This document shows, piece after piece, positions 53,993-64,000 of a stretch of 64,000 bases of DNA; the first letter of the stretch is position 1; each line of letters starts with the position of its first letter. The notes below the pieces were generated by a model, which searched no databases, had not been told where the DNA came from, and worked only from the letters and a program-made list of their open reading frames with translations. Location: assembly GCA_964451495.1 (NCBI GenBank), contig CAYVHS010000003.1:24826-88825 (forward strand), written 5' to 3'. A program made the translations under genes and the position numbers. The stretch is from an uncultured Bdellovibrionales bacterium (GTDB lineage Bacteria > Patescibacteriota > Minisyncoccia > Moranbacterales > UBA1568).

Positions 53993-55399
53993 TTAGTTGT
54001 AATAGAGACGCTCTTTTAATGTAGAGAGCTCTTCTTTGAGTCGTATATTTGTTTCTTTCCCCTTATTTATTTTTTCAAAAGCATGGAGGGTGGTGGTGTG
54101 ATCGCGGCCGCCGAGAATTTCTCCGATAGTAGAAAATGGAGTTTGAAGTTCGCTACGGAGTATAAACATCATTACTTGGCGGGGATGGGAAATTTCCTTT
54201 TTCCGACCCTTTTTGAGGAGATCTTCTCTTGTCACGGTATAAAACTCCATAATAACTCGGAATATATCATCTACCTGGAGTGTTTTTTTGTTGTTTTCAA
54301 TGAGTTGAGAAAGAATTTTTTCAGTATTTTCAATTGTGGGAGGTATTTTATGGAATTCACAAAAGGCAATAACTCTATTAAGGGCCCCTTCAAGTTCGCG
54401 AATATTTTGTGAGATATTTTCTGCGATATAGCGAATGGACGGGGTGTCTATATGAAAACCCTTTTCAGTAATTTTTGCCTCAAGGATGGCGATTCTTGTT
54501 TCAACATTAGGACGGCTAATGTCGGTGATCATACCCCCTTCAAAACGTGAACGGAGACGTTCTTCTAGGGTGGGAATCGCTTTGGGAGGGCGGTCGCTTG
54601 ATATAACTATTTGTTTATTGAGCTGGTAGAGAGCGTTAAATATGTGGAAGAATTCGTTTTGGGTCTTTTCTCGGCCAGAAAGAAATTGAATATCATCAAT
54701 AATGAGGAGATCCATCTGTTGGTAGTATTCTTTAAATTTATCAATCTTCTGATTTTTAATAGAATCAACCAGTTCTGTGGTAAATCGCTCAGAATTAATA
54801 TATTTTATGCGTTTTTCTGGGGAGTTCTTCATCACTTCATTCCCAATAGATTGGAGGAGATGAGTTTTTCCGAGGCCTACTCCTCCATAAATAAAGAGTG
54901 GGTTATAAGCCATTCCAAGATTTTGTGAAACAGCAAAGCAGGCAGCTTTCGCTAACTCGTTATTTTCAGCAACGATAAAATTTTCAAATGTGTAGCGATT
55001 GTTAAGGTTTGTTTCATGGAAAATAGGTGTAGAGGGAGCCGCTGCGGTAAAAAATGGCTTTTCTATAATCTTTTTTCTAACAAAACCGTTTGTTGATGGG
55101 GCTTGGACGGCGTCAATATTTTTTATAGAATCAACTGTTTGAGTGGTGGGTTTTTCTGGAGAAATGATGCATCGAATCTCTTGAATTTCTGGATGAAAGC
55201 CCTTGAGTGCTTTAAGAATATAGATATTATACTTGTTTTCAAGCCACTCTTTGGCAAATCCATTTGGTACTCCAATAGTGACACTATTGTCTTGGTTACT
55301 CAAAATACTGGTATTTTTAAACCAGGTAATGAAGTTTGCTTTGGAGATAGAGAGTTCGATTTGGCCCAAAACAGCCCTCCATAACTCGTCGTTTGTCAT
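53993..55399 (-). CDS. dnaA: Chromosomal replication initiator DnaA
   Basis: 468 aa. Walker A GGVGLGKTHLLQ, LLIDDIQFLSG (box VII region), and a C-terminal DNA-binding domain ...HTTTLHAFEKI. Confidence 0.95.
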   Translation of the reverse strand: MTNDELWRAVLGQIELSISKANFITWFKNTSILSNQDNSVTIGVPNGFAKEWLENKYNIYILKALKGFHPEIQEIRCIISPEKPTTQTVDSIKNIDAVQAPSTNGFVRKKIIEKPFFTAAAPSTPIFHETNLNNRYTFENFIVAENNELAKAACFAVSQNLGMAYNPLFIYGGVGLGKTHLLQSIGNEVMKNSPEKRIKYINSERFTTELVDSIKNQKIDKFKEYYQQMDLLIIDDIQFLSGREKTQNEFFHIFNALYQLNKQIVISSDRPPKAIPTLEERLRSRFEGGMITDISRPNVETRIAILEAKITEKGFHIDTPSIRYIAENISQNIRELEGALNRVIAFCEFHKIPPTIENTEKILSQLIENNKKTLQVDDIFRVIMEFYTVTREDLLKKGRKKEISHPRQVMMFILRSELQTPFSTIGEILGGRDHTTTLHAFEKINKGKETNIRLKEELSTLKERLYYN

Positions 55400-55741
55400 A
55401 AGGGGAGAAAGGTTATCAACAATGAAACTTATTATAGCACGTGAAAAAAGAAGATACGAGTAAAAAAAGAAACAAAGTGGATAAATGGTGTATAAGTATC
55501 GAATATCCTTTAAAAACTAACTGTTACTCTTGCTAAAAACAAAGAAGTCGGCTATACTACTCTAAAGCTTCAAAGGGTTAATTGGATAACACAATTGAAT
55601 AGGGGATGTTATAATTCCTTTTCTGTTCTCTGTTTTTCCAAAACACCTTTTAAAACGGTGTTTTTCTTTATTTGAAGCCAAAAACAGTGCCACTCTAATT
55701 TATTAAACGCGGATAGGCATGGCCGCAGAATAGTATATATT
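55400..55741. other. dnaA/rpsA divergent intergenic region with DnaA-box-like sequences (candidate oriC / dnaA promoter region)
   Basis: TTATCAACA (55403..55411), TTATCCACT as reverse complement (55467..55475), TGGATAA core at 55574..55581. A hairpin aaaacaccttttaaaacggtgttttt lies at 55630..55656. Confidence 0.4.
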
Positions 55742-56923
55742 ATGACAAAAATAGCTCAGGAGATCGAAGAACAAGCCAATATGTCCCCTATGGATGAGTT
55801 GCTCGCTCAGCACGTTGTTGAGATTCCGGAAGTAGGTGATGTTATACAAGGAACAGTGGTTTTTGTAGCTTCAAGCTCAGCGCTTATTGACCTGGGGCCG
55901 CTTGGAACAGGTATTGTGCTTGGCAAAGAAATGCGGGATGGTCTTGGTCCGCAAGGAAAACTGAAGGTTGGAACAGCGGTTACCGCGACACTCATGAGTT
56001 ATGAAAACGAAGATGGTTATATTGAGCTGTCTATCCGCGAAGCTTCTTACGAGAAGTCTTGGGAAGATATTGAGCATAAGCTTACTAACCGAGAAGTGGT
56101 CCTTACGAAGGTGACAGAGGCTAATAAAGGCGGACTCATGGTAGAAATCAACGGTATTGTTGGTTTTATCCCCGTTTCTCAGCTTTCGAGCGAGCACTAT
56201 CCTCGTGTTGAAGATGGCGATAAAAATAAAATCCTTGATTTGCTCAAGAAACTTATTGGACAAGAGATCCATGTCCGTATTTTGGATGCTGATCGTGAAA
56301 GCGAAAAATTGATTGTGAGCGAAAAAGCAGCACAAAGCGAAAAAGAAAAAGAGCTTATCAATCTTCTTAAGGTAGGAGATGTTATTGAAGGAGAAGTGAG
56401 TGGCGTGGTTGATTTCGGTGCTTTCGTTAAATTTGCGCCTCCAGTACAAGAGGATGGTAAAAAAAGAGGGGAAAAACTTGAGGGTCTGGTGCATATTTCT
56501 GAACTAGCCTGGCAACTTATTGATGATCCACGTGAGATGATTAAGACAGGAGATCAGGTAGAGGCCAAGATTATTGGTATTGAAGAAAGTCGTATCTCGC
56601 TTTCTATGAAGGCGCTGAAGCGAGATCCTTGGGAGAGTGTACTCGAAAAGTACAAGGTGGGAGATGTGGTACCAGGCAAGGTGGATAAAATTAATCACTT
56701 CGGAGCTTTTGTTTATCTCGATAAAGATATCCATGGGCTGGCACACGTGAGTGAATTCCAGGAAGTATACCCAAACAAGAAGATCGAAGAGGTTTTCAAA
56801 GAAGGCGAAACATATACCTGGAATATCCTTTCTATTGAGCCAAAAAGCCATCGTATGGGACTTTTGCCGGTAAAGGAAGGTACAAAGAAGAAAGAAGAAA
56901 AAGAAGAGAAGGAAGAAAAATAG
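55742..56923 (+). CDS. rpsA: 30S ribosomal protein S1 (four S1 domains, KE-rich tail)
   Basis: 393 aa with repeated S1-domain pattern (GDVIQGTVV..., GDVIEGEVSGVVDFGAFVKF..., GDVVPGKVDKINHFGAFVYL) and a ...KKKEEKEEKEEK C-terminus. Confidence 0.85.
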   Translation: MTKIAQEIEEQANMSPMDELLAQHVVEIPEVGDVIQGTVVFVASSSALIDLGPLGTGIVLGKEMRDGLGPQGKLKVGTAVTATLMSYENEDGYIELSIREASYEKSWEDIEHKLTNREVVLTKVTEANKGGLMVEINGIVGFIPVSQLSSEHYPRVEDGDKNKILDLLKKLIGQEIHVRILDADRESEKLIVSEKAAQSEKEKELINLLKVGDVIEGEVSGVVDFGAFVKFAPPVQEDGKKRGEKLEGLVHISELAWQLIDDPREMIKTGDQVEAKIIGIEESRISLSMKALKRDPWESVLEKYKVGDVVPGKVDKINHFGAFVYLDKDIHGLAHVSEFQEVYPNKKIEEVFKEGETYTWNILSIEPKSHRMGLLPVKEGTKKKEEKEEKEEK

Positions 56924-56979
56924 ACTTGATTTGGAGACATCCTGCCTTGCGCAGGATGTTTTCATGAAAAACCAATGGT

Positions 56980-57543
56980 ATGAAAAATATTTTTATTCTT
57001 TCCGGGCCTTCTGGGGCAGGAGAAGACTCTATTATAGATGGTCTCGAGAAGCATTTCCCTATAGAACGGGTTATCACAACAACGACTCGTGCTATGCGCC
57101 CAGGGGAAAGTGATGGACACCCCTATTATTTCATCACCAAAGAAGACTTTATACAAAGGATCGCTGATGGTGAGTTTATTGAGTATGCCGATCAGTATAA
57201 TAGCAATCTTTATGGCGTAACGAAAAAAGAGCTTGATCGACTGGAAAACTCTGGGAAAATAGGTATTTGGAAAATTGATTATCAGGGGGTGGCGACTGCA
57301 AAACGTCTTTTCCCTGACGTGGTTGCTATTTTTATTACGGCTCCACTGGAAATTTTGGAACAGCGTATACGGATGAGAGACAATCCATCTGAAACATTTA
57401 TTCAGGAGCGCATGAGCTATACAAAAGAATGGCTCAAACATACGGATATTTATGACTACGCCATCGAAAACGAACAAGGAAAGCTCGGTGAAGCAATCCA
57501 AAAAGTTGGTGAAATTATTAAGCGGCACAGTGCTCTCGCCTAA
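56980..57543 (+). CDS. gmk: Guanylate kinase
   Basis: 187 aa. ILSGPSGAGEDSI (P-loop), TTTRAMRPGE...GHPYYF. Confidence 0.9.
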   Translation: MKNIFILSGPSGAGEDSIIDGLEKHFPIERVITTTTRAMRPGESDGHPYYFITKEDFIQRIADGEFIEYADQYNSNLYGVTKKELDRLENSGKIGIWKIDYQGVATAKRLFPDVVAIFITAPLEILEQRIRMRDNPSETFIQERMSYTKEWLKHTDIYDYAIENEQGKLGEAIQKVGEIIKRHSALA

Positions 57544-57583
57544 AGATAGCCTGTCCCCATTCGCACGGAGCTTTATCAAGAGG

Positions 57584-58552
57584 ATGCAAAATACTGCTTC
57601 CCTGCACAGTCTTTGGAGTCCAAAGCAGAGTTTTATTGTGGCTGTTTCTGGCGGACCAGATAGCATGTGTTTGCTTGATGTCCTTGTGCATCTTTCGAAA
57701 AAATATTCTTTTCTTTTACATGTTGCGCATGTGAATTATCGTTTGCGCGGGGAAGCATCAGATCTTGATGAGCAGCTTGTGACGGAGCAGGCTCTTCGTT
57801 ATGGTTTAGATTACACTGTTTTTAAGCCAAAAAAAAGCACCCATGCAAATCTCGAAGAGCGTCTTCGCGAAGAGAGATACGGTTTTTTTGAAAAAATACG
57901 TCAAGAGAAGCAAGCCGATGCTATTATGGTTGCGCATAATGAGGATGACCAAGCTGAGACTTTTCTCTTGCGTCTCTTGCGTGGCACTGGGCTAGCAGGT
58001 TTGGCGGGGATTCGCTCTAAGAACGGTTTTATTCGGCGCCCACTGCTCCAGATGGACCGATCGGATATCTTGAGATATCTCCGAGAACAAAAAATCCCCT
58101 TTCGAGAGGATACAAGCAATGAAAATCCAAGCTTTATGCGAAATCGTGTTCGCCATGAACTCCTCCCCCTTATCGAAAAGAGGTTTCAGCCAAAAATCAA
58201 GAAACTTCTTGCAAAAAATGCCCTGCTTATCGCTGATGACTACGCACTTCTCCAGGAGTTATCCGGACTTTATACTGAAATGGGCGTGCCAGATTCCGCT
58301 CAAAAGCAATATATTTTTTCATGTTCCAAACTCATGGCTTATCCTAGGCCCGTTTTACGTTTTAAGCTCCGATCTCTTCTGAAACCATTTTTTTCTGGAA
58401 AGGCCAAAGAAAGCGGTTTTATCAATGAAATTATCAAAAGTTTGGAGAGTGGTAAGGGGAAAACACAAACTGTTTCGTGTGATGGATTGAAATTCATCCG
58501 AAAAGGTGATACAGTAACTCTGCTCTTTTCAGAGAGCAAGAAGAAGAAATAG
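57584..58552 (+). CDS. tilS: tRNA(Ile)-lysidine synthetase
   Basis: ORF trimmed to MQNTASLH... so it does not overlap gmk. PP-loop SGGPDSMCLLDVL; tilS-ftsH synteny. Confidence 0.8.
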   Translation: MQNTASLHSLWSPKQSFIVAVSGGPDSMCLLDVLVHLSKKYSFLLHVAHVNYRLRGEASDLDEQLVTEQALRYGLDYTVFKPKKSTHANLEERLREERYGFFEKIRQEKQADAIMVAHNEDDQAETFLLRLLRGTGLAGLAGIRSKNGFIRRPLLQMDRSDILRYLREQKIPFREDTSNENPSFMRNRVRHELLPLIEKRFQPKIKKLLAKNALLIADDYALLQELSGLYTEMGVPDSAQKQYIFSCSKLMAYPRPVLRFKLRSLLKPFFSGKAKESGFINEIIKSLESGKGKTQTVSCDGLKFIRKGDTVTLLFSESKKKK

Positions 58553-58626
58553 CTCAAAACAAAGCGTTGTTTTGAGTTAGGGACCTATTAATTCATGGGT
58601 GTAGTATCCAATATACGTTATTATTT

Positions 58627-60465
58627 ATGGAAAAAATACTTAAAAATCTCTCAACGGTAATTTTACTCTTCCTGCTTATTTCGGGGATATTCATTTTGTA
58701 CCAGTCTCCAGAGAAAAAGCCGACCACAGTATCGCTTTCCGAATTGGTAGCGGAAATTAATCAGGATAAAGTCAAGAATATTTCGGTTCAGGCAAATACG
58801 CTCAGTATCGAAATGAAAGATGGAGCCAAGCAGACAGCAAGCAAGGAATCAGAGAGCTCACTTTCCGATAGTTTGAATAATTACGGAATTGATAAGGAAA
58901 AGCTCAAGGATGTTTCTATTAGTGTCAAAGAGGATTCTGGGGCTAGTTTTTGGTTAGCGACGATTCTCCCCTTCCTCCTCCCCTTCCTCCTCATAGCGGC
59001 TTTTATCTGGTTTATGATGCGGCAGGCCCAAAGAGGTAACGCCCAAGCACTTTCTTTCGGAACGAGTCGAGCGCGCATGATTGACCCCAAAGACAAGAAG
59101 AAACGTACGATGTTTGCCGATGTGGCTGGTGCAGTAGAAGCCAAAACCGAGCTTCAAGAAGTAGTCGATTTTTTGAAGTATCCAAAAAAGTTCCTCAATA
59201 TGGGCGCAAAGATTCCAAAAGGAGTCTTGCTTCTCGGTCCTCCAGGAACCGGCAAGACGCTCATGGCTAAAGCGGTGGCTGGCGAGGCAGGCGTCCCCTT
59301 CTTTAATATCAGTGGATCAGAATTTGTCGAGATGTTTGTGGGCGTCGGAGCGAGCCGCGTTCGTGACCTTTTCAAACAGGCCAAGAAAAATGCTCCGGCT
59401 ATTGTTTTTATCGATGAAATTGATGCTGTTGGTCGTCATCGTGGCGCTGGCCTCGGTGGTGGGCACGATGAACGAGAACAGACGCTCAATCAGATTTTGG
59501 TGGAAATGGATGGGTTTGAGACTGACATAAGTGTTATCGTGATGGCCTCTACGAATCGTCCAGATGTCCTCGACCCTGCCCTGCTTCGCCCTGGTCGTTT
59601 CGACCGTCGTGTGACGATGGATTTGCCAGATATTAATGAGCGCGAACAGATTCTCGCTATTCATGTGAAAAACAAACCGCTCGCTCCGGATGTGAAGATG
59701 CGACAGATCGCTGAGCGCACCCCTGGTTTCTCTGGAGCTGATCTTGCGAATCTCGTGAATGAAGGTGCGATTTTGGCCACGCGTCGAGATATGAAGACTA
59801 TTGGTATGCGTGAATTGGCTGAGTCTATAGAGAAGGTCATCCTTGGTCCAGAACGTCGTAGCCGCGCTATCAACCAAAAGGAAAAAGAAATTATCGCCTA
59901 TCATGAGGGTGGCCACGCCCTCGTCGGAGCGAGTCTCCCTCATGCTGACCCTGTACAGAAGATATCGATTATTTCTCGTGGCCATGCAGGCGGATACACC
60001 CTTGCAGTGCCTCAAGAAGACAAAATGCTGCATTCCCATGATTATTTCCGAGATGAGCTCGCCGTTCTTCTTGGTGGGTATGCGAGTGAGAAGCTTATTT
60101 TCAAAGATACGACAACAGGGCCCTCTAATGATTTGGAGCGCGCAACACAGATGGCGCGTAATATGGTGACGCGTTATGGAATGAGTCGCCTGGGCGCTCG
60201 CACGTTTGGCAAAAAAGAAGAGCTCGTATTTCTCGGTCGAGAGATGCATGAAGAAAGGAATTATTCTGAGAAAACTGCCCAGGATATTGACGCCGAGGTA
60301 ACATATCTTATCGACGAGGCTTTCAAGTGCGCGACAAAAATTTTAACTGATAAGAAGATTCTTTTAGAAACAATCGCAAAGAGGCTTCTTGAGAAAGAAA
60401 CTATCGAAAAGGATGAGTTTGATGAGATTATAGTAGGAGGGAAAACAGCGACGGCTTCAATCTAG
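58627..60465 (+). CDS. ftsH: ATP-dependent zinc metalloprotease FtsH
   Basis: 612 aa. Two TM helices, the AAA module ([35 protein letters not shown]) and HEGGHALV (HExxH). Confidence 0.95.
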   Translation: MEKILKNLSTVILLFLLISGIFILYQSPEKKPTTVSLSELVAEINQDKVKNISVQANTLSIEMKDGAKQTASKESESSLSDSLNNYGIDKEKLKDVSISVKEDSGASFWLATILPFLLPFLLIAAFIWFMMRQAQRGNAQALSFGTSRARMIDPKDKKKRTMFADVAGAVEAKTELQEVVDFLKYPKKFLNMGAKIPKGVLLLGPPGTGKTLMAKAVAGEAGVPFFNISGSEFVEMFVGVGASRVRDLFKQAKKNAPAIVFIDEIDAVGRHRGAGLGGGHDEREQTLNQILVEMDGFETDISVIVMASTNRPDVLDPALLRPGRFDRRVTMDLPDINEREQILAIHVKNKPLAPDVKMRQIAERTPGFSGADLANLVNEGAILATRRDMKTIGMRELAESIEKVILGPERRSRAINQKEKEIIAYHEGGHALVGASLPHADPVQKISIISRGHAGGYTLAVPQEDKMLHSHDYFRDELAVLLGGYASEKLIFKDTTTGPSNDLERATQMARNMVTRYGMSRLGARTFGKKEELVFLGREMHEERNYSEKTAQDIDAEVTYLIDEAFKCATKILTDKKILLETIAKRLLEKETIEKDEFDEIIVGGKTATASI

Positions 60466-60506
60466 ATAGGTGGCAAAGAAGAAAGGGTATCAAGAGAAAC
60501 CACATC

Positions 60507-61385
60507 GTGTATATGAAAACCTCTTTCCAGGAGCTTCTTATTCTCGCTTGGAAATCAACTTTTTCTTGTAGGAAGAGCTGGATTTTTGGGTTGATAATTT
60601 CTTTTGTGGCTATGAAGGAGAGAGCTCTCCTCTCCCCATCTCATGAAGCACTTTCATTTCAAGAGGCTATTATTTCTGTTCTGCAGAAGTATGACTCCGT
60701 TTCTTTCTTTATTGCGGTTATCTTTTTGCTTTTCGTCGTCAGAATTTTTGGGAGGAGCAATCTGGTAGTTGTTTTGGATATGGCCTCAAGGAATCCCACG
60801 CAGAGAAAAAAGCTAACTACCACAAGAGTGATACGTATTTTTTTTCGAGCAGCTTTTTTCGAACTGTTTTCTCTTGGGGCGATTTTGCTTACGGCTACTA
60901 CCTTGTGTTTGCCTGTATGGGCCGCCCTTCGGTATAACGACGAGGCCCTGGGTGTGGTCGTAGCTCTCAGCATAGCGACAGCGCTTGTTGTTTTTCCGGT
61001 AGTATTTTTTGTTTTGGAATTTGCGTTTTTCTATTTCCTTTTGGCTCGGATACGCTTTTTCTCTTCGATTGAGAATGGGGCACTACTTTTTTCTCGATAC
61101 GGAGGCAGGAGTATCGCATTTGGATTTTTTTATACTGGCTTATTAGTAGCCTTTACTTTTTCTCTAAATCTCGTTATGCTAACAATTGTCGTGTTTTCTC
61201 GGAAGATTGGTTTGGGATGGGCTGAAGAAATGATATCTTTTTTGGGTAGTTTTTTCTTTATCGCGTGGTTTAGCATCATAGAACAATCACTCCGACTTTT
61301 CTTTTTTAAGGACTTAGCGCGTCCACAAGAAAAAGAAGAGCAGATTTTGGTAAATGAGACATCGCCAGAGGTCCCTCGAGTATAA
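60507..61385 (+). CDS. Hypothetical integral membrane protein
   Basis: 292 aa with 6-7 TM helices. No motif. Confidence 0.5.
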   Translation: MYMKTSFQELLILAWKSTFSCRKSWIFGLIISFVAMKERALLSPSHEALSFQEAIISVLQKYDSVSFFIAVIFLLFVVRIFGRSNLVVVLDMASRNPTQRKKLTTTRVIRIFFRAAFFELFSLGAILLTATTLCLPVWAALRYNDEALGVVVALSIATALVVFPVVFFVLEFAFFYFLLARIRFFSSIENGALLFSRYGGRSIAFGFFYTGLLVAFTFSLNLVMLTIVVFSRKIGLGWAEEMISFLGSFFFIAWFSIIEQSLRLFFFKDLARPQEKEEQILVNETSPEVPRV

Positions 61386-61389
61386 CATT

Positions 61390-61463
61390 GGACAATTAGC
61401 TCAGTTGGTTAGAGCGTCACATTGACATTGTGAAGGTCACTGGTTCGAATCCAGTATTGTCCA
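61390..61463 (+). tRNA. tRNA-Val (anticodon GAC)
   Basis: GGACAATTAGCTCAGTTGGTTAGAGCGTCACATTGACATTGTGAAGGTCACTGGTTCGAATCCAGTATTGTCCA. Cloverleaf with anticodon loop TTGACAT. Confidence 0.85.
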
Positions 61464-61579
61464 CATTGAAGAGTATTATATTCCGACCTCAGTTGCGTGG
61501 AGGATGGAGGCATATACACAATAAAAAAGAGTGCTACCCTAGCACTCTTTTTTTATTGCAGTTTTAAGAGAAAGGTGAT

Positions 61580-62626
61580 TTATGGTACCTGTGTGCTTGA
61601 TCGCACGTTCACGTTTGTTTGTTGGATGACAGAAGGAATAAACTGTGCCCCTGGTCCAAATGATTGGGTGGCTCCTCTGACAGAGCTGTTTACTTGCCCA
61701 GTAACGTTACCGATTTCTCTTTGGATATTGGCCTGTACTTGTCCGATGCCGCGTTGGATGAGTCCATTGATTGTTTTTGTGACCATACCCGTGACTACGC
61801 TAGAAAGAAATTCAGCAGGATTTGATGCGTTTGTGATTATGTTGTTTCCCATGTTTTGTATATTTGATACAAGGGAATCGATAGTAGCTGATGGGGTGAT
61901 CACTTGACCGCCTTTTTCTACTGGTTTGAATCCGGATGACTGAGCTTTCACTGTCTGGATTTCAATTTCTTGTGCGAGTTTATTTTGGTAAGCCTCCTCT
62001 GCGAGGATAGTGTACCCGTAGGGGTTATTCGCTGGATTGGAGAAAAATGCGTTAAAAGCTCGCCAATCCCCTTCGGCAAACATAGCTCTAGGGCTCTCAG
62101 TATATTCTTCCAGGTTTATTTGTGGCTGTTGAGAAGAGCGGTTTATAGTAGCATTCTTTGCTTGGTTGACGAGGTAGCTTGAGTAGTTACCTTCGATATT
62201 TCCGCCGATATTGCCAACGCCGACATAGTTGGCTGAAGCGTATTTTCCTCGGCTGGTCAGAGTAAAAAAATCGTTCATGTAAAGATTGGTTTTTTGTAGA
62301 GGTTCTTCGTAGAGGAAGCTCTCGTAGTTCGTAATAAAGAGCGCCTGCCCTGTAGTTCCGCCGCCTACGAGTTGATTGATTTGAGTATTGATAACCTGAG
62401 TGGCGGCAACCTTGAGCGTTCCCAAAAGAACCCCCTCGATATTTCTGTAAATTATTTCCATCATCTGCTTCAGGCTAGCTGCAGCGAGTGATTCCCCCCA
62501 GACACCAGCATGCGCTGTTGGCATAGAAGAAAAAATCATAGTGACTATAGCGAGAACAGAAAACATAGACCGTACAAGAGTATACCGCACTTTTTGAGGT
62601 GAAGATTTCTGGAAAAGAAGAAACAT
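61580..62626 (-). CDS. Hypothetical secreted protein (signal peptide; Asn/Gln/Gly-rich)
   Basis: 348 aa. N-terminal signal anchor ...SMPTAHAGVW. No catalytic motif. Confidence 0.5.
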   Translation of the reverse strand: MFLLFQKSSPQKVRYTLVRSMFSVLAIVTMIFSSMPTAHAGVWGESLAAASLKQMMEIIYRNIEGVLLGTLKVAATQVINTQINQLVGGGTTGQALFITNYESFLYEEPLQKTNLYMNDFFTLTSRGKYASANYVGVGNIGGNIEGNYSSYLVNQAKNATINRSSQQPQINLEEYTESPRAMFAEGDWRAFNAFFSNPANNPYGYTILAEEAYQNKLAQEIEIQTVKAQSSGFKPVEKGGQVITPSATIDSLVSNIQNMGNNIITNASNPAEFLSSVVTGMVTKTINGLIQRGIGQVQANIQREIGNVTGQVNSSVRGATQSFGPGAQFIPSVIQQTNVNVRSSTQVP

Positions 62627-62636
62627 AGTATCTGTT

Positions 62637-63632
62637 TTAGAGGTCGATTGGAATTTGTTCGATGCCGTATTCTGTAAGTTTTTGACTCACTTCATCAGAG
62701 AACGACATTGCGGCGCCGATGAACCCCTGAGCTTTGGAGAGGGTGGCAATTTGGCTAATCGGATCATCTTGCGTGGGCTTGAGCTCGCTCTTTAGTTGAG
62801 CTGCATACTTAGCCATTTTAAGAGCTTTTACATGAACATCAAGCATGGCTTCGGGTACCTCGATGCTCTTTGTTTCTTCGAGCATCTTCTCCCCTTTAGC
62901 TGAAAGCTCATTGAGATATTGCATATTTCCAGACGCAAGAGCGGAAATAGAATCACTTGAAACGGAAGAGAAAATTTCTGTCAGATCCTCTTCTGTATGA
63001 AATGCTTTTGGAGAATTATTTGCGACTAGATACGACATGACTGTGAGGTATTCCAATACGTCTTTCTTCTCTTCGGCGAGTTGCTTTTTTTCACTGAGGT
63101 TTTTTGAGGGGGCCTTTTTTATTTTGATATCTTTGATTTCAACCTCTGGGAGGACGACTTCCTCGGAGGAGTTGCCACTCAATATTTTTTGGACGGCCGT
63201 ATCTATTTGATCGAGAGTAACAGCCTCGCCGCTAGAGTTCGCATTTTTTAATGCAACTGCGATTTCATTTGTGACTTGCTCTGTCATGTTAGTATCTATC
63301 GGTTCAGATGTTTTTTTCGGGCCCGTTGTTGATGAGGCTGGCGTGAGTTTGTCGCCAGGAGCTTTTTTGAGGGGGTCATAGCCGCTTTCGACTTCGACGC
63401 CATCAGAGTAGCCGTCACCATCAGAATCTTTATTGAACGCATCAGTGCCGTAAAGTTTTTCTTCGTCATTACTCAGTCCATCCTGATCAGAATCTTGGAA
63501 GATATTTTTTCCACTTGAAGAGTCGTCTGCCAAAACAAAAAAAGCCACACTAAAAGAGAGCAGGCTAAAGAAAACAAACATCGAGAGTCGCGCATTCTTT
63601 TCAGAAATACTTCGAAAAAATTCTCGACCCAT
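62637..63632 (-). CDS. Hypothetical secreted protein with thrombospondin-type-3-like Ca-binding repeats
   Basis: 331 aa. A signal peptide, then DSDQDGLSNDEEKLYGTDAFNKDSDGDGYSDGVEVESGYDP (DxDxDG-type calcium-binding repeats), then a Lys/Glu-rich helical region. Confidence 0.5.
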   Translation of the reverse strand: MGREFFRSISEKNARLSMFVFFSLLSFSVAFFVLADDSSSGKNIFQDSDQDGLSNDEEKLYGTDAFNKDSDGDGYSDGVEVESGYDPLKKAPGDKLTPASSTTGPKKTSEPIDTNMTEQVTNEIAVALKNANSSGEAVTLDQIDTAVQKILSGNSSEEVVLPEVEIKDIKIKKAPSKNLSEKKQLAEEKKDVLEYLTVMSYLVANNSPKAFHTEEDLTEIFSSVSSDSISALASGNMQYLNELSAKGEKMLEETKSIEVPEAMLDVHVKALKMAKYAAQLKSELKPTQDDPISQIATLSKAQGFIGAAMSFSDEVSQKLTEYGIEQIPIDL

Positions 63633-64000
63633 ACCAGAAATATTTTGTATTTTTTTACAGAATAATTATAACATTTTTCTTAAGAAGTACAAATACACTG
63701 CGTAGCAAAAAAATAATTTGTGTGTACTTTATAAAGTTATAATTTTTTTATCCAATATAGATTCTATAAAACCCCAGTACTCTATGATGTATTAGAAACC
63801 CTTTGTCGGTTGATGGAGGGTATTGGGTTGCTCCAAATCGAATCGAGATGAGTAAAATTGTGTAGATATTTCTTTGATTGCCTGTCTAGATTTTAGCTGA
63901 AAATAGTCGCAAAAATAAATAAACAAATACTTGTTTATTTGATCTAGAGCCTTATTTAATTGAAAGCCTGGTTTTTTTAATAAAAGTAATATTATGCAAT

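Noticed and set aside
56880-56925. Low-complexity GAA/AAG repeat at the 3' end of rpsA
   Set aside because: It encodes the KKEEKEEKEEK tail of S1. It is a compositional feature of the protein, not a microsatellite of independent interest.
59317-60249. 310-aa minus-strand ORF
   Set aside because: It is antisense to ftsH.

Overview
The window is 64 kb of bacterial chromosome at about 45% GC by eye, and most of it is core housekeeping. A replication-origin neighbourhood sits near 52.5-56 kb, with dnaN, dnaA and a DUF721 gene on the minus strand and rpsA, gmk, tilS and ftsH diverging on the plus strand. Other core genes include polA, ruvA/ruvB/ruvC, mutM, holA, tsaE, rpsT, pyk, a malic enzyme, htpX-lemA, a class-A PBP, a Mur-ligase/FemAB pair, a Zur-type regulator with a ZnuACB-like ABC transporter, a tRNA-Ser next to a GIY-YIG gene, and a tRNA-Val. 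The less ordinary content, all inferred from sequence without database searches, is:

1. A GC-richer island at about 20.4-26.4 kb. Four copies of a conserved two-hairpin element each sit immediately 5' of a small minus-strand gene. The downstream hairpin stem shows compensatory base changes between copies. The same cluster holds two divergent receiver-like paralogs with a TD(T/M)NHHHHP motif, one carrying a DnaJ-type zinc-ribbon insert, and a third more divergent receiver-like gene. A 622-aa protein with an unknown N-terminus fused to a SAM-methyltransferase and a divergent TrmB-family regulator flank it.
2. A 7TM protein, an ATP-grasp protein fused to a retropepsin-like DTGA domain, and a second ATP-grasp gene together form a putative amidoligase/peptide-modification module at 46.1-49.2 kb.
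3. A 1008-aa GspE/PilB ATPase carries two complete ATPase cores. A second, partial GspE/PilB gene runs off the window start, next to a histidine-kinase/response-regulator pair.
4. A solute:sodium-symporter fusion protein and a PAS sensor share a C-terminal S-helix-like '(G)REL(K/R)MIELKK' tail. Neither has a kinase domain, and they sit beside a histidine-kinase/response-regulator pair.
5. A candidate structured ncRNA of about 180 nt lies upstream of ruvB, between two intrinsic terminators. It is closed by a 17-bp stem formed by its two ends.
6. A duplicated palindromic operator overlaps the promoter of the zur-znu operon.

No CRISPR array, rRNA, transposase or integrase was recognised.
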